This document shows positions 28,067-38,030 of a stretch of 64,000 nt of DNA, one piece after another. The DNA lies in the IMG/VR virus record IMGVR_UViG_3300005611_000010; one strand, written 5' to 3'. Positions within the stretch are counted from its first letter, which is position 1. Every line of letters begins with the position of its first letter. A program made the translations under genes and the position numbers. The notes under the pieces are model-generated. The model saw only the letters and a program-made list of their open reading frames with translations, did not search any database and had not been told where the DNA came from. Origin of the DNA: an uncultured virus (IMG/VR IMGVR_UViG_3300005611_000010) (Duplodnaviria; Heunggongvirae; Uroviricota; Caudoviricetes).

Positions 28067-30190
28067 TTACAATAATGTCCTAATACCGTCAATTACCATT
28101 TCGGGAGTAATCGACTTACTGCACTCAAATTGTTGAGCCGTTTTTTCATATTTAGGACACCATTGCCAATTACCTGCATCGAGCCTGTAATCGTTAAAGC
28201 ACCCATTACAAACATTTCGGTTAAAGATGCGAACGCAATCTTGAAATTCGCTTTCAGGTCTTGAGAATCCACTTATGAGTACCACAGGGGTTTCGCAAGC
28301 CCAAGCCAACCAAGATAATCCACTTCCTAATCCAATAAACAAAGATGCACATTTTATTTGAGAAATCCTTTCTTCTATAGGGTAATTTCCCGATAAATCA
28401 ATGACATTTTTTAGTGCGTCGGAAGGTAATTTGGAATTGTGCCATTCGTCGGTCATAGGTTCTTTTGAAATATTCCATACTTCATAACCCTGTAACTGTA
28501 AGAATTCCACTACTTTAGCCCACCCTTCAGGGTTGTGCCAATACTTCGCCCAAGCCGTCGCGTGTGGTGCTATAACAACTACTTTTTTACCATCATTTTC
28601 CTTGGCAGAAATGTTTTTAATTTTAGGTCTTATTTCGGTGTCAGGAAGCCCTAAAATATCGCAAATAGTTGCCTGTAAAGAATACTTTCTAAAGTCCCTA
28701 CTGTGGTGACCAAAATGGGGAATCTGCCCATCGTTTTCATAAAACCAACCCACTCTGTACATTGCATAGATATTATAAACCACTTGTCCCGCAGGGATAA
28801 ATTCTATGTCAGGATAAACGTCTTTAAACAAGTCATTCCAATGCGTACTGCAAGTGACTTCACATTCGTGTAGTTTTCTAAATTCTTCTACATAAGGAAT
28901 CCAAGCAAGTGTGTCACCAAGGCTTGAACTTTCAAAGGCAATGTAAACCCGCTTACCTTTTGCATCATAAGGGTGTAAATATTCTCGACCTTCTTCATCC
29001 GTGATTTTCCAAACCCATTCTCTATGATAGCGTTTTGCAGATTTTGCAAACATACCACAACCTAACTCTGTTGCAAATACTACCTCTCCCGTGTTGTGGT
29101 CGTAAACTTCACATTTATACTTTCGATTACTTTTACCTACAACATCTACTTGCGCTCCGTCTATGTATTTCACCATAAACTTATCTGAATCGTCTTGACG
29201 AACCGCTTGGTGATAAATTCTTCTGCCAACATTTGCCATACTATCCCTGTCCAAAGATTTAAAATACCAAGGCAAAAGATTATTTTCAACAATATTTTTC
29301 CAATTGTATTTTTCAGCAACTTCGTCAGCCTTTATACTGTATGTTTTTATTTGTGGTATAAGAAAATTAATTGCTTCAATTACCGATTGCGTATCCCGCT
29401 CACATTTAATCAAAGGAACGTCTTCACCCATAGGTGTACCGATAACAGGAATACCGCAAGAAAGTGCCTCTAAAGGGGTTAAAGGTGGATGTCCTGCTTC
29501 TACATATGTTGCGTGAACCATTATATCTGCTACGTTGTAAGCGTTTTTTAATTCTTCTTCTGTAGCATCGTAAACATAATTCAAGTTAGAATAACGCAAT
29601 TCGGGATTCTCTTCAAAGAATCTTTCCTGTGTTTCCCTTGGGGCAACCAAAGTAATTTCTAATCCAAGTTTTTCAGCCGCTTCAATCGCATATCGAAATC
29701 CTTTTCTGTCAAAAACTTTATCTGTTCCTGCTAAACCATTATTTCCGACAATAATAATTCGCGGACGATATTTATTTTCGCGAATACGATATTGAAAATA
29801 ATTTCTGTTAACACCGTGTGGTAAATAAAAAGGAACCCGCTCAAAAGTATCAATACTGCTTTTAGCGTGTACAAAAGCAACTTCTGCTTTTTGCATCGCC
29901 TCTAAATTCAACCTGTAATTTGCAGACTCTGTACCCCAAACCATCGAATGATGGTCGTGATGACTGTAAAAATAAGGTATTCCTTTTTCAGCCAAATGAA
30001 GTGCTTGGTCGAACATATGACAATGGACTATGTCAAAGTTAGACGGGTCTAACTCTGAAAGATTGACTATACTAACTTCGTGCCCAAGAAATTCAAGTTC
30101 TTGTTTATAATCCCAAATTATTTTTTCGATGGCTCCCCAACCGTTAGGTGGTATGCGTATAACCGAAGGCTGAATATGCGCTATTCTCAT
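28067..30190 (-). CDS. GT4 glycosyltransferase fused to a TibC/Aah-like (autotransporter) O-heptosyltransferase domain
   Basis: IPPNGWGAIEKII...EALSCGIPVIGT (GT4); KRVYIAFESSSLGDTLAWIPYVEEFRK, FIGLGSGLSWLAW, CNGC...WCP...FECSKSI. Confidence 0.85.
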   Translation of the reverse strand: MRIAHIQPSVIRIPPNGWGAIEKIIWDYKQELEFLGHEVSIVNLSELDPSNFDIVHCHMFDQALHLAEKGIPYFYSHHDHHSMVWGTESANYRLNLEAMQKAEVAFVHAKSSIDTFERVPFYLPHGVNRNYFQYRIRENKYRPRIIIVGNNGLAGTDKVFDRKGFRYAIEAAEKLGLEITLVAPRETQERFFEENPELRYSNLNYVYDATEEELKNAYNVADIMVHATYVEAGHPPLTPLEALSCGIPVIGTPMGEDVPLIKCERDTQSVIEAINFLIPQIKTYSIKADEVAEKYNWKNIVENNLLPWYFKSLDRDSMANVGRRIYHQAVRQDDSDKFMVKYIDGAQVDVVGKSNRKYKCEVYDHNTGEVVFATELGCGMFAKSAKRYHREWVWKITDEEGREYLHPYDAKGKRVYIAFESSSLGDTLAWIPYVEEFRKLHECEVTCSTHWNDLFKDVYPDIEFIPAGQVVYNIYAMYRVGWFYENDGQIPHFGHHSRDFRKYSLQATICDILGLPDTEIRPKIKNISAKENDGKKVVVIAPHATAWAKYWHNPEGWAKVVEFLQLQGYEVWNISKEPMTDEWHNSKLPSDALKNVIDLSGNYPIEERISQIKCASLFIGLGSGLSWLAWACETPVVLISGFSRPESEFQDCVRIFNRNVCNGCFNDYRLDAGNWQWCPKYEKTAQQFECSKSITPEMVIDGIRTLL

Positions 30191-33018
30191 TTGTTCAAGT
30201 ATTGCTTGACTTTTTTATCGATTAAAGAAAATCCATTTAACTGTCTTGCAATCTGTGATTTACTTACAAACTGCTTATGTTCAGGATGGTTTCTAAAATG
30301 ATTCATAAAAAATAAATCTGCTACGTCCCAAGGCTCATTACGAAAAGCCTCACGCATCCAAACCATATACCATTGTGGTATGATTATACAATGTGCAAAA
30401 GGAACGTGCTTGCTGAAATAACCCCAATCGATACCGTGAATTTGTCCACTTCTTTCTGAAAGCAATTCCCCCGTTTCCAAATGATAAACTCCACCAAAAG
30501 AAGCGTAGGCTAATTGGTTATTTATATCGTCTATTGCCCTGTAAAAATCTACTAAACAATCCGCAAACAACTTATAATCATCCACATAAGCGTCACCCTC
30601 AAAGAATATATTTAAGTCAAACCCTATGTTACTGTGGTGTTCAGTTTCGTGCAAAAACGCTTTTCTAAAAGCATCATAGCAACCATAGTGTGCAGGGGTT
30701 AATGCTGTTTGTCCGTGTTCGTTAATCCCGTTTGGAAATGCGCGCATTGACACGGCATTTGGTCTTGCACAATTTTCCCGTGGGGGAATATCGCTGTAAG
30801 GCTCATTTTCAAATTCAGTTAAATGTACAAAGTTGATTCGGCTATCCTGCATTAAGTATTCAGAAAGACCTCTGATGTTTTCAAGACTCTGCTTTTCTAC
30901 ATCTGTATTCAGCGTAGTTCGCAAATGACTGATGTGAATATTGATTTCATCTTGTGGGTCTTCTTCTACTATTTGTACAATAGGTAGTTCTTCATCGTCA
31001 TTCCGCTTCCAAGCATAAAACGTACAAAGGTCATATCTTGCCCATTCATCGCGATTTTCAACCACGGCATTGTCCTCCGTGTGTCTGCGCAACTGAATTT
31101 CATATCCTAAACTCTGAAGCCTGTCGGTAATTTCATAAATTCTTCCATCGCGGTTCCAATGTATTTCTACCATAAATGCTTTGATGTGGCAAATCTGAAA
31201 GTCGGTCATCGACCTGAATACATCATACTCTGCTCCTTCAATATCAATTTTGAAAAAGTCTACTTGGTCGATATTCATTTTACGAAGCAAGGTGCTGTAA
31301 TCCCAAGCATTCACTTCATAATATTGACCATCGTCAAAATTGTGTACACCATCAATAAGTGAAGACGTTGTTGACGTTTCATTTTTATAAGCCAACTTCA
31401 TACCTACTTCGTTTTTTGAAAACAGGGCTTTGTCTACTACAACTACTCGCTCATCGCTATTGAAACGCTTATTAAGGAACTTTACGCTCCTTGGGTCACA
31501 CTCTATAGCATAAACCTTTTCTGCTCCATTACGAAGCAAGTATTCGGTGTATAAACCGTCGTTTGCTCCGATGTCTAAACATACCCCGTGAATATTCATT
31601 GCCAAAGGATTATAAAAGTCCTCGACAAACATTTCGGTGTAGTTAATCCAAGTCAAGTTCCAAGGGTCTGTTTCAAACAGAACACGTTCAAAATGTGGTG
31701 CGTGCTCATTGTACCAAACGACGTGTTTCTCAATTAATGTGGTACGGTCTGTTTCGTATATGCTAATTTCATATCCCCTAAAATATCCTGAACGGTTGTA
31801 ATGATTCAATGCGTGTGCAGGTACAGGGATTGTCCACAGACTTGAATAATTCTCAAACTTTGAATTAAACGCGTAAATCGCGTGTTTACTGTCAACATCT
31901 GCTACTGAAACACTTACTTCTTTATAAGGTGCATCTTCGTAGTACAAGAAAATCTTGTTTTCGTCTTTGTGAAAATCGGCTCTAAACATTTTATTTATAT
32001 TTTTTTGGCTGTAAAAATTGGACTTTTTTTGTTTTTCTTCTTTTACAGGGGTTTCATATCCCAAGATTTTTTTTATGTCCTGCAAGTTTTGTTCAAGGTT
32101 ATCAAGGTCTAAATACTGAATATTTTCAAACCCATCGTACTGATTCAGATAAACGGGTAGGTTATACATCAGTATCGGCATTCCGTGCCCTGTGGCTTCA
32201 CGAAGCACTAACGGACTTGTTTCCATATCACCGTGCAATCCACGGGATGTAAACAAGAATAAGTCCATACAAGAATAAAAGTTGTGAACGTCACTACGCT
32301 CTCCCCACACTTTACAGTTAGCAGGAAGGTCTTTCATAATAGGTTCCCAATAGTGGGCAAAGTTTCCCGCTTGGTTTCCTACAAAGTGAAATTGAATGTT
32401 TGGATGGCTTTCCTGAAGTTGTTTGGCATATTCGACTATTTCTCCTTGGTTCTTTCGACTTGTCCAAAGTCCTACGTTTAAAACGTGTTCTTTTTCAGGG
32501 TCTAATCCAAGGTTCCTTAATCCTACCTCCCTGTCCACTTCGTCATATATTTCAATGTCACTTTGGAGCAGGGTGATAGGAATACCGTAAGACTGAAATT
32601 TATCGATTTGCCATTGGCTTATTAAGGCAAGGTGGTCTGCAAAAAACCTTTTCTGACTTGGGTTGAAACTTGAATCGTGCGATGTTTCAATGATAACATA
32701 ATTCCTTTCTTTACGATAAATTTTTTCCGCAATAGAATCTTCCATAAAATATTCAGGAAATTCTTGAAAGTGAATTACATCAGGATTCAATCGAGCAATA
32801 AGGTCGATTAATTCTTCTTTGTTATGATTAATGGAAAAAAACCTATCCCCCATTAATTCGATTACTTTGTTCCTTTGAACTACATAATCGGGGGCGATAA
32901 AAGAATACTCAACGACATATGCGTCAGTATATTCTTTGGTCTTACGAACAAGGTCGTATGCGAATTGTGGGCATCCCCCTGTGCTTAAATGGGGTACAAG
33001 GTGTAAAACTCGTTTCAT
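30187..33018 (-). CDS. Multidomain GT4 glycosyltransferase / FkbM methyltransferase / GT-A-like protein
   Basis: HLSTGGCPQ, NVGLWTSRKNQ, ETSPLVLREA; CLDIGANDG, KIDIEGAE; HYGCY, FFEGDA; start moved to ATG 33018 (TAATG coupling). Confidence 0.85.
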   Translation of the reverse strand: MKRVLHLVPHLSTGGCPQFAYDLVRKTKEYTDAYVVEYSFIAPDYVVQRNKVIELMGDRFFSINHNKEELIDLIARLNPDVIHFQEFPEYFMEDSIAEKIYRKERNYVIIETSHDSSFNPSQKRFFADHLALISQWQIDKFQSYGIPITLLQSDIEIYDEVDREVGLRNLGLDPEKEHVLNVGLWTSRKNQGEIVEYAKQLQESHPNIQFHFVGNQAGNFAHYWEPIMKDLPANCKVWGERSDVHNFYSCMDLFLFTSRGLHGDMETSPLVLREATGHGMPILMYNLPVYLNQYDGFENIQYLDLDNLEQNLQDIKKILGYETPVKEEKQKKSNFYSQKNINKMFRADFHKDENKIFLYYEDAPYKEVSVSVADVDSKHAIYAFNSKFENYSSLWTIPVPAHALNHYNRSGYFRGYEISIYETDRTTLIEKHVVWYNEHAPHFERVLFETDPWNLTWINYTEMFVEDFYNPLAMNIHGVCLDIGANDGLYTEYLLRNGAEKVYAIECDPRSVKFLNKRFNSDERVVVVDKALFSKNEVGMKLAYKNETSTTSSLIDGVHNFDDGQYYEVNAWDYSTLLRKMNIDQVDFFKIDIEGAEYDVFRSMTDFQICHIKAFMVEIHWNRDGRIYEITDRLQSLGYEIQLRRHTEDNAVVENRDEWARYDLCTFYAWKRNDDEELPIVQIVEEDPQDEINIHISHLRTTLNTDVEKQSLENIRGLSEYLMQDSRINFVHLTEFENEPYSDIPPRENCARPNAVSMRAFPNGINEHGQTALTPAHYGCYDAFRKAFLHETEHHSNIGFDLNIFFEGDAYVDDYKLFADCLVDFYRAIDDINNQLAYASFGGVYHLETGELLSERSGQIHGIDWGYFSKHVPFAHCIIIPQWYMVWMREAFRNEPWDVADLFFMNHFRNHPEHKQFVSKSQIARQLNGFSLIDKKVKQYLNK

Positions 33019-33782
33019 TAATAGTATTGCTTTTCCTGTGGTGTTATTTCCACCTTCAGTTTTCCAATATCCCGTCGTTCCGCGTGAATAAGGAAATAGC
33101 AATCAATACTGTGTAAGTCACCTTCGTTTTTGGCTACCCTAATATGTTCCAAGTTCACATCTTCTACGAAATACTGAAAATTGCCTTTAGCACTTGTTAA
33201 ATGCACCGTAATGCTTCCCAAGTGAACCAAAAACTTCCAATAGGTCGGTAAATAAATAATATTTGTCCCTTGAAGGCGACCCCGCACATAAATTGCGTGT
33301 TCCCCACCTTCCAAGTTTCCGTGTTGTAAATCCCATCCCTGTTTAGCAGGGTCGGGGTGTGGAATCAAAAATGACTTTGCTTCCGCTGTCAATGTTCCTG
33401 CAATGTCTACATCGCCAAGAAAAAAAGTATTGTCGGCAAAGGTCTTGACTCCTGCAATCTTTTGAGCCCCTGTAGAAACCACACCTCTCGCACTTGTTCC
33501 CGCATCGGGTAAATTAAACGTATGTGTGTTTCCTGAAGACTGAATAGCAAAATTGCTACCTGAAGTACCCGTCACCAATAATTGATTAGGGTTGGTCAAA
33601 GAATTTATTGTTTGGATACCGCTTGTACCACCGCTTCCTGTGTAGTTGGTAACAGGCTCCACTATTCCGTCAACATCTTTGACCTTTAACGCGCCATCTG
33701 TTTGGTCAACGAAAACCACCAATGGGTTCCCTTCTACGGTTTTAATATTCCGTGCCAAACTTTGTGTTACCTTGGTTGCCAT
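33018..33782 (-). CDS. Short fibre/spike protein
   Basis: Shared N-terminal domain; HTFNLPDA, QKIAGVKTF; C-terminal KSFLIPHP...LEGGEHAIYVRG domain typical of phage fibres. Confidence 0.7.
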   Translation of the reverse strand: MATKVTQSLARNIKTVEGNPLVVFVDQTDGALKVKDVDGIVEPVTNYTGSGGTSGIQTINSLTNPNQLLVTGTSGSNFAIQSSGNTHTFNLPDAGTSARGVVSTGAQKIAGVKTFADNTFFLGDVDIAGTLTAEAKSFLIPHPDPAKQGWDLQHGNLEGGEHAIYVRGRLQGTNIIYLPTYWKFLVHLGSITVHLTSAKGNFQYFVEDVNLEHIRVAKNEGDLHSIDCYFLIHAERRDIGKLKVEITPQEKQYY

Positions 33783-34651
33783 CAATAATCCTTTTTAAAG
33801 TCTATTAAATAATATGCTGTCCCGTCGCACATTAGTTGCAACACGTCTTTTGCATATTGTCGTTCCGATGGCTGATACTCTAAACCCTTGGCTTGCTTCA
33901 ATTCGTAAGGGAATGTTATGCTGTATCCACCTACTCCTTGCTCAATTACAAGGTAAAAAATACCCACAGGAAACCCAACAAATTTAAAAGTTGTGTTTAC
34001 TTTCAAAGATAATGAAACTATCTGATTTTCGGTAAAGTCAATAATAGTCTTTGATTTAGCATCAATATGGTAGTGTGTATATCCTTTTCCGCTTGTTCCT
34101 GACGTAGCATCACGACCCGATGTTCCTGAAGTACCATCTGTCCCTTTTTCTCCTTGGAATCCGTTTATTCCCGATGTTCCCGAAGTACCATTGATACCAC
34201 TTGTACCCATCGTTCCATTGTTTCCACTTGTACCACAAGTTGCTGATGTTCCCGATGTGCCTGAAAAACCTGCTGTACCCGCTGTACCGTGTGAACCACT
34301 TCGACCACTTGTTCCCGAACTTCCACTCGATGCCGATGTGCCCGATGTACCCGAAGACCCACTTGAACCATCCTTACCTACACCATTTACGCCCGATGTT
34401 CCTGCGCTTCCTGAAGTCCCATTTTCTCCTGATGTTCCCGATGTTCCGTTAGTTGTACCCGAAGTTCCCGAAGAGCCATTTTGAAATCCCCCTAAAGGTA
34501 CTTCAATGTTCATTTTTATATAGTCATTCAGGGGTTGGGTTGTGCCGTTTTGGTCTTTGAGATAAACTTTATTGTCTTCGCCTACATAAATGGCTAATCC
34601 GTTACCCTCAAGGGTACGAACCATCCAATGCGAAATTTTGGCTACTGACAT
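33782..34651 (-). CDS. Short Gly-X-Ser fibre protein, paralog of 518-2131
   Basis: GTS repeat at about 34085-34480; shared N- and C-terminal domains. Confidence 0.75.
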   Translation of the reverse strand: MSVAKISHWMVRTLEGNGLAIYVGEDNKVYLKDQNGTTQPLNDYIKMNIEVPLGGFQNGSSGTSGTTNGTSGTSGENGTSGSAGTSGVNGVGKDGSSGSSGTSGTSASSGSSGTSGRSGSHGTAGTAGFSGTSGTSATCGTSGNNGTMGTSGINGTSGTSGINGFQGEKGTDGTSGTSGRDATSGTSGKGYTHYHIDAKSKTIIDFTENQIVSLSLKVNTTFKFVGFPVGIFYLVIEQGVGGYSITFPYELKQAKGLEYQPSERQYAKDVLQLMCDGTAYYLIDFKKDY

Positions 34652-35028
34652 TACTGCATTAATTCATCAATAGGACACATTTTAACAGACTGTGAGCCAT
34701 TATACATAGCCACAGCAATATTGTCCTTGTACTTAAACAAAAACGCGCTAAAGTCTGCAAATTCAACGTCAAGGGTTCGTGCCCACTTGGTCATCGATTG
34801 ATGCAAAACGGGCACTACAATTGTTTCCGTAAGATTAATGATTTTGTTACCCATCGCTTCATTGTAGGTAGTTTCTCTTTTTAGATTCCATCCTACACAT
34901 ACCTGATATTTCAGGGGTTCTCCCTCTTCAGGGTTTAAAATAAGTCTTACCTGAATATCTTTTTCTTCTGCTTCAAACTCTGTAGCAAAAAGGGCAATAC
35001 CCTTAAAAAAATCTTTTTTAATATTCAT
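34651..35028 (-). CDS. Hypothetical protein
   Basis: 125 aa; TACTTTTG promoter box at 35049-35056. Confidence 0.65.
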   Translation of the reverse strand: MNIKKDFFKGIALFATEFEAEEKDIQVRLILNPEEGEPLKYQVCVGWNLKRETTYNEAMGNKIINLTETIVVPVLHQSMTKWARTLDVEFADFSAFLFKYKDNIAVAMYNGSQSVKMCPIDELMQ

Positions 35029-35067
35029 ATTTAATACACATCTACTTTCAAAAGTAATAAATATACC

Positions 35068-35571
35068 TTACATATCGAGATACATTTGGTATAAAGTTTT
35101 ACCTGTAGATGAGTACATAATAGGAACTTTAGTCCACCCCAAGAAAGTTTTCACTTGAACGGTTCCAACAAAATCAAGGGGAAGGTCATCTTTAGCAATT
35201 ATTGCAGAAGCAAGTTCACGAATGGCTTGTGACGCTTTTTTATCTTTTAGATTTGCGTCCACAACATACGTTACTTGGAAAGGACTAATTCCCTTTCCTG
35301 CAATCGTTTGCTCTTCATTTTTTACGATTGAACCAATTTTTACACCTTGCGTTAATACTTCAAGATTTAGGTCTTTAATTGTGACTTTTAAATTGCTTTT
35401 ATTAATAAATTCAATTGTCTGCGTTACGGTTAATGGCTTCCATTTATCGATTTTAAACGTACCGATATTAAAGTCCCATTGACCCGCCAAGTAAATATTC
35501 TTGTAAAGTATTCGACCTAAAACAGCGAGAGCAACTACTGCACCACCGATGTATAAATTGCGCTTATTCAT
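35068..35571 (-). CDS. Membrane-anchored LEA_2/WHy-like protein
   Basis: N-terminal TM; FINKSNLKVTIKDLNLEVLTQGVKIG pattern. Confidence 0.6.
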   Translation of the reverse strand: MNKRNLYIGGAVVALAVLGRILYKNIYLAGQWDFNIGTFKIDKWKPLTVTQTIEFINKSNLKVTIKDLNLEVLTQGVKIGSIVKNEEQTIAGKGISPFQVTYVVDANLKDKKASQAIRELASAIIAKDDLPLDFVGTVQVKTFLGWTKVPIMYSSTGKTLYQMYLDM

Positions 35572-35837
35572 TATTTATTATAAATAAGTCTTTGAGCAAC
35601 GTAAATTCCTGAAACCAATAAAAAGAAATAAATAAAAGAATTGGGCACACCTTTTACTACATAAGGTTTATTGTCCAATCGTTTTGCTCTTTGCTGTGCT
35701 TCAGTAACTTGTAAATTAAATTCAGGACTAAAAGTGGATTTAAATTTTTGTCCGAAATTAAGGGCTTTAGTCTGTGCGCCTTCAAAGGTTTCTCTATCTA
35801 TGCCCGTGTCTTGAAAGAAGTCTTCAAAGTTTTCCAT
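35571..35837 (-). CDS. Small C-terminally anchored membrane protein
   Basis: C-terminal hydrophobic helix. Confidence 0.65.
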   Translation of the reverse strand: MENFEDFFQDTGIDRETFEGAQTKALNFGQKFKSTFSPEFNLQVTEAQQRAKRLDNKPYVVKGVPNSFIYFFLLVSGIYVAQRLIYNK

Positions 35838-36766
35838 TATCTTCTACGAATTAAAACAACCAATAAAATAGCCGCTACAGCAATTCCACCATACAACAAC
35901 AAGTTTGGCTTTGCAGGTTCGGGTAATTGACCACGAGCCGCGGCTTCTTCGCCTTGAATTTGGTCTATTTGAGCCTGAATCGCTTTACGCTGTTCTTCGT
36001 TTGCCGCTTCACCTAATTGGTTTACCAATTGGTCTACTTTAGATTTACGGGCTTCAGAATCCTTTACAAATTGAATCTTTGCATTCAATGCGGTCTTCTG
36101 TGCTTCGGTAGTTGCAAACCCCAAGGCTTCCTGAAGTTTATTAATATCTTCTGTAGCCAAAGCATCATTTACTTTTCTTTGCTTATCCAAACGACTTTCT
36201 GCTTCGCTTACATACGCATCGCGTAGAACTTTAAAAGCCGCGTGACGCATCAATGATTCACGAATAGCACCAATTTTAGCAAACGCTCCGTCGTCAAGTT
36301 TTGAATCGCGCGCTTTAGTATTGATTTGAGCATCTACACGCTCACGGGCTTTAGCCGCGGTTGTATTCCAATCGTCTTCAATATCTATAGCCTCTTGACG
36401 CAGTTTTTTGGCTTTGCCTAATTCATCAGCCGATTTAGATTCAGCCGTTTTAGAAAGTTCGCGAATAGCATCTTCGTTTATATCGGCATCTAAAACACGA
36501 CTGTCCCAATACACACCTGAATTACGGTCTGATTTAAGACGTTGCGCTAACGAAATGATGTCGGCTTCTTTTCCTTGAAGATAAGTGTTGAATGTACCGT
36601 TGCCTGTACGAGTAGCGTCTGAAGGAACTGCAAAGGCTCCGTCAAATCCTAAAAAGTCATTATTTCCGCTTTTCTTATTCAATCCTAATTGATAATCCAA
36701 TGGCGGTGCGGGCATAGAAGGTGGCAACACACCTAAACCCAATTGCTTGCTAACTGTCTTTTGCAT
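35837..36766 (-). CDS. Coiled-coil protein with C-terminal TM anchor
   Basis: NDFLGFDG motif; LLYGGIAVAAILLVVLIRRR. Confidence 0.75.
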   Translation of the reverse strand: MQKTVSKQLGLGVLPPSMPAPPLDYQLGLNKKSGNNDFLGFDGAFAVPSDATRTGNGTFNTYLQGKEADIISLAQRLKSDRNSGVYWDSRVLDADINEDAIRELSKTAESKSADELGKAKKLRQEAIDIEDDWNTTAAKARERVDAQINTKARDSKLDDGAFAKIGAIRESLMRHAAFKVLRDAYVSEAESRLDKQRKVNDALATEDINKLQEALGFATTEAQKTALNAKIQFVKDSEARKSKVDQLVNQLGEAANEEQRKAIQAQIDQIQGEEAAARGQLPEPAKPNLLLYGGIAVAAILLVVLIRRR

Positions 36767-36770
36767 TTTA

Positions 36771-37457
36771 TTATTTTTTTATAGCCCTATACAAAACAAC
36801 TCCCAAACCAAGAGCGGCTACAGCAATACCTCCATATAAAATATAATTGGATGTTTTGCTTCCTGCGCCTGCTTCTTCAAGTTGTGCTAAAAATTGTGCA
36901 TCGTCCTGAACGTCACATTGTGCGTTCTTCATTAATTTGACTACTTCATCTTTTGCCGTACCTAAACCCCTATTATAGCCCTCCATAACACGCGCCTCTC
37001 TTTTAGAAGTAAGTGCCTTTCGATTGTTGTCAACTATTTCATTCTTGATTGCTGTTAATGTAGCATCAAGAACTTTACAGTCTTTAAGTTGAGCCTCTGA
37101 AAGTTTGTCAAGATATTTACGAATACCGTGTCCTTCACGGTCTTGTTTACGCAAATCGTTAAACTTATCGCCACCGTATGCGTTCAAATACTGTGGACTG
37201 TAAATGGTTTCACTATTTCCCACTCCCTCACCTGCTACATTATTAAAGTCATCATTTAGACTAATTCCTTCGCCTTGGTCGACGAACTGTGCATATTGTG
37301 GGTCATTTTTAAAACCGTATAATTCCTTTGGAGCAAATTTATATTCTCCGCGATGCTTCCAAGCGTTCTGTCCTGTTCCAACAAAGTTTTTAAAACCTCC
37401 GTTGCCGTCCATTCCAAAACTCAAATCGCCATTTGTGAAAAAACTATCTATGTCCAT
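36771..37457 (-). CDS. Protein with C-terminal TM anchor
   Basis: ILYGGIAVAALGLGVVLYRAIKK, nearly identical to the neighbour's anchor; start moved to ATG 37457. Confidence 0.75.
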   Translation of the reverse strand: MDIDSFFTNGDLSFGMDGNGGFKNFVGTGQNAWKHRGEYKFAPKELYGFKNDPQYAQFVDQGEGISLNDDFNNVAGEGVGNSETIYSPQYLNAYGGDKFNDLRKQDREGHGIRKYLDKLSEAQLKDCKVLDATLTAIKNEIVDNNRKALTSKREARVMEGYNRGLGTAKDEVVKLMKNAQCDVQDDAQFLAQLEEAGAGSKTSNYILYGGIAVAALGLGVVLYRAIKK

Positions 37458-37461
37458 TTTT

Positions 37462-38028
37462 TTACCAATTAAATAATCCACCCGTTTTAGGGGTAGTAGG
37501 TTTATTCCAAGGCAATTCAGATGCGGGTGTTACCCCTGTATAAGTTACGCCAACTCCTGTTCCTGCCGTTTTTTTATAATTTGATATTGCGCCCTCCATA
37601 TAATTTTTCAAACCTTGAACACCTTTTGCGGTGGGGCTTTGAATTACAGGGTCGACCATTGTTGTTTGAACTGCAAAAGGAGCGGCTGTGACTGCACCGT
37701 AGGTATCTTTACCGAACCATCCGTCTACAGTAATTGCACTACCTTGCTTCTTCAATTTAACCAACTCATTGTGAAGTTGTTGAATTCTTTCTACATCTGA
37801 TTTTACCGAAGCATCGTTTTTTGCCAATGCAAATATTTTAGCGTATTTAGACTGTGCCGTATTTGTGGTGGTTCCCGTAGTGGCAACCTCCTCAATTACT
37901 TTTAGTGCTTCGTCTTCGTTCTTTTTCGCTTTGATTGCGTTGCTGATGTTCTGAACGATTTTAACGACGATGTAACTTCCTATTACAACGCCACCAAAAA
38001 TTAAACCGTATTGTACGTTCTTTTTCAT
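37462..38028 (-). CDS. Membrane protein with peptidoglycan-binding-like domain
   Basis: N-terminal TM; VERIQQLHN...ITVDGWFGKDTYGAV. Confidence 0.6.
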   Translation of the reverse strand: MKKNVQYGLIFGGVVIGSYIVVKIVQNISNAIKAKKNEDEALKVIEEVATTGTTTNTAQSKYAKIFALAKNDASVKSDVERIQQLHNELVKLKKQGSAITVDGWFGKDTYGAVTAAPFAVQTTMVDPVIQSPTAKGVQGLKNYMEGAISNYKKTAGTGVGVTYTGVTPASELPWNKPTTPKTGGLFNW

Positions 38029-38030
38029 TT

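Noticed and set aside
33019..33102. ORF-track N-terminal extension of the GT gene (similar extensions at 4180, 14511, 42035, 42504, 47505)
   Set aside because: Extensions overlap upstream genes or promoter boxes; internal ATGs coupled to upstream stops are more plausible
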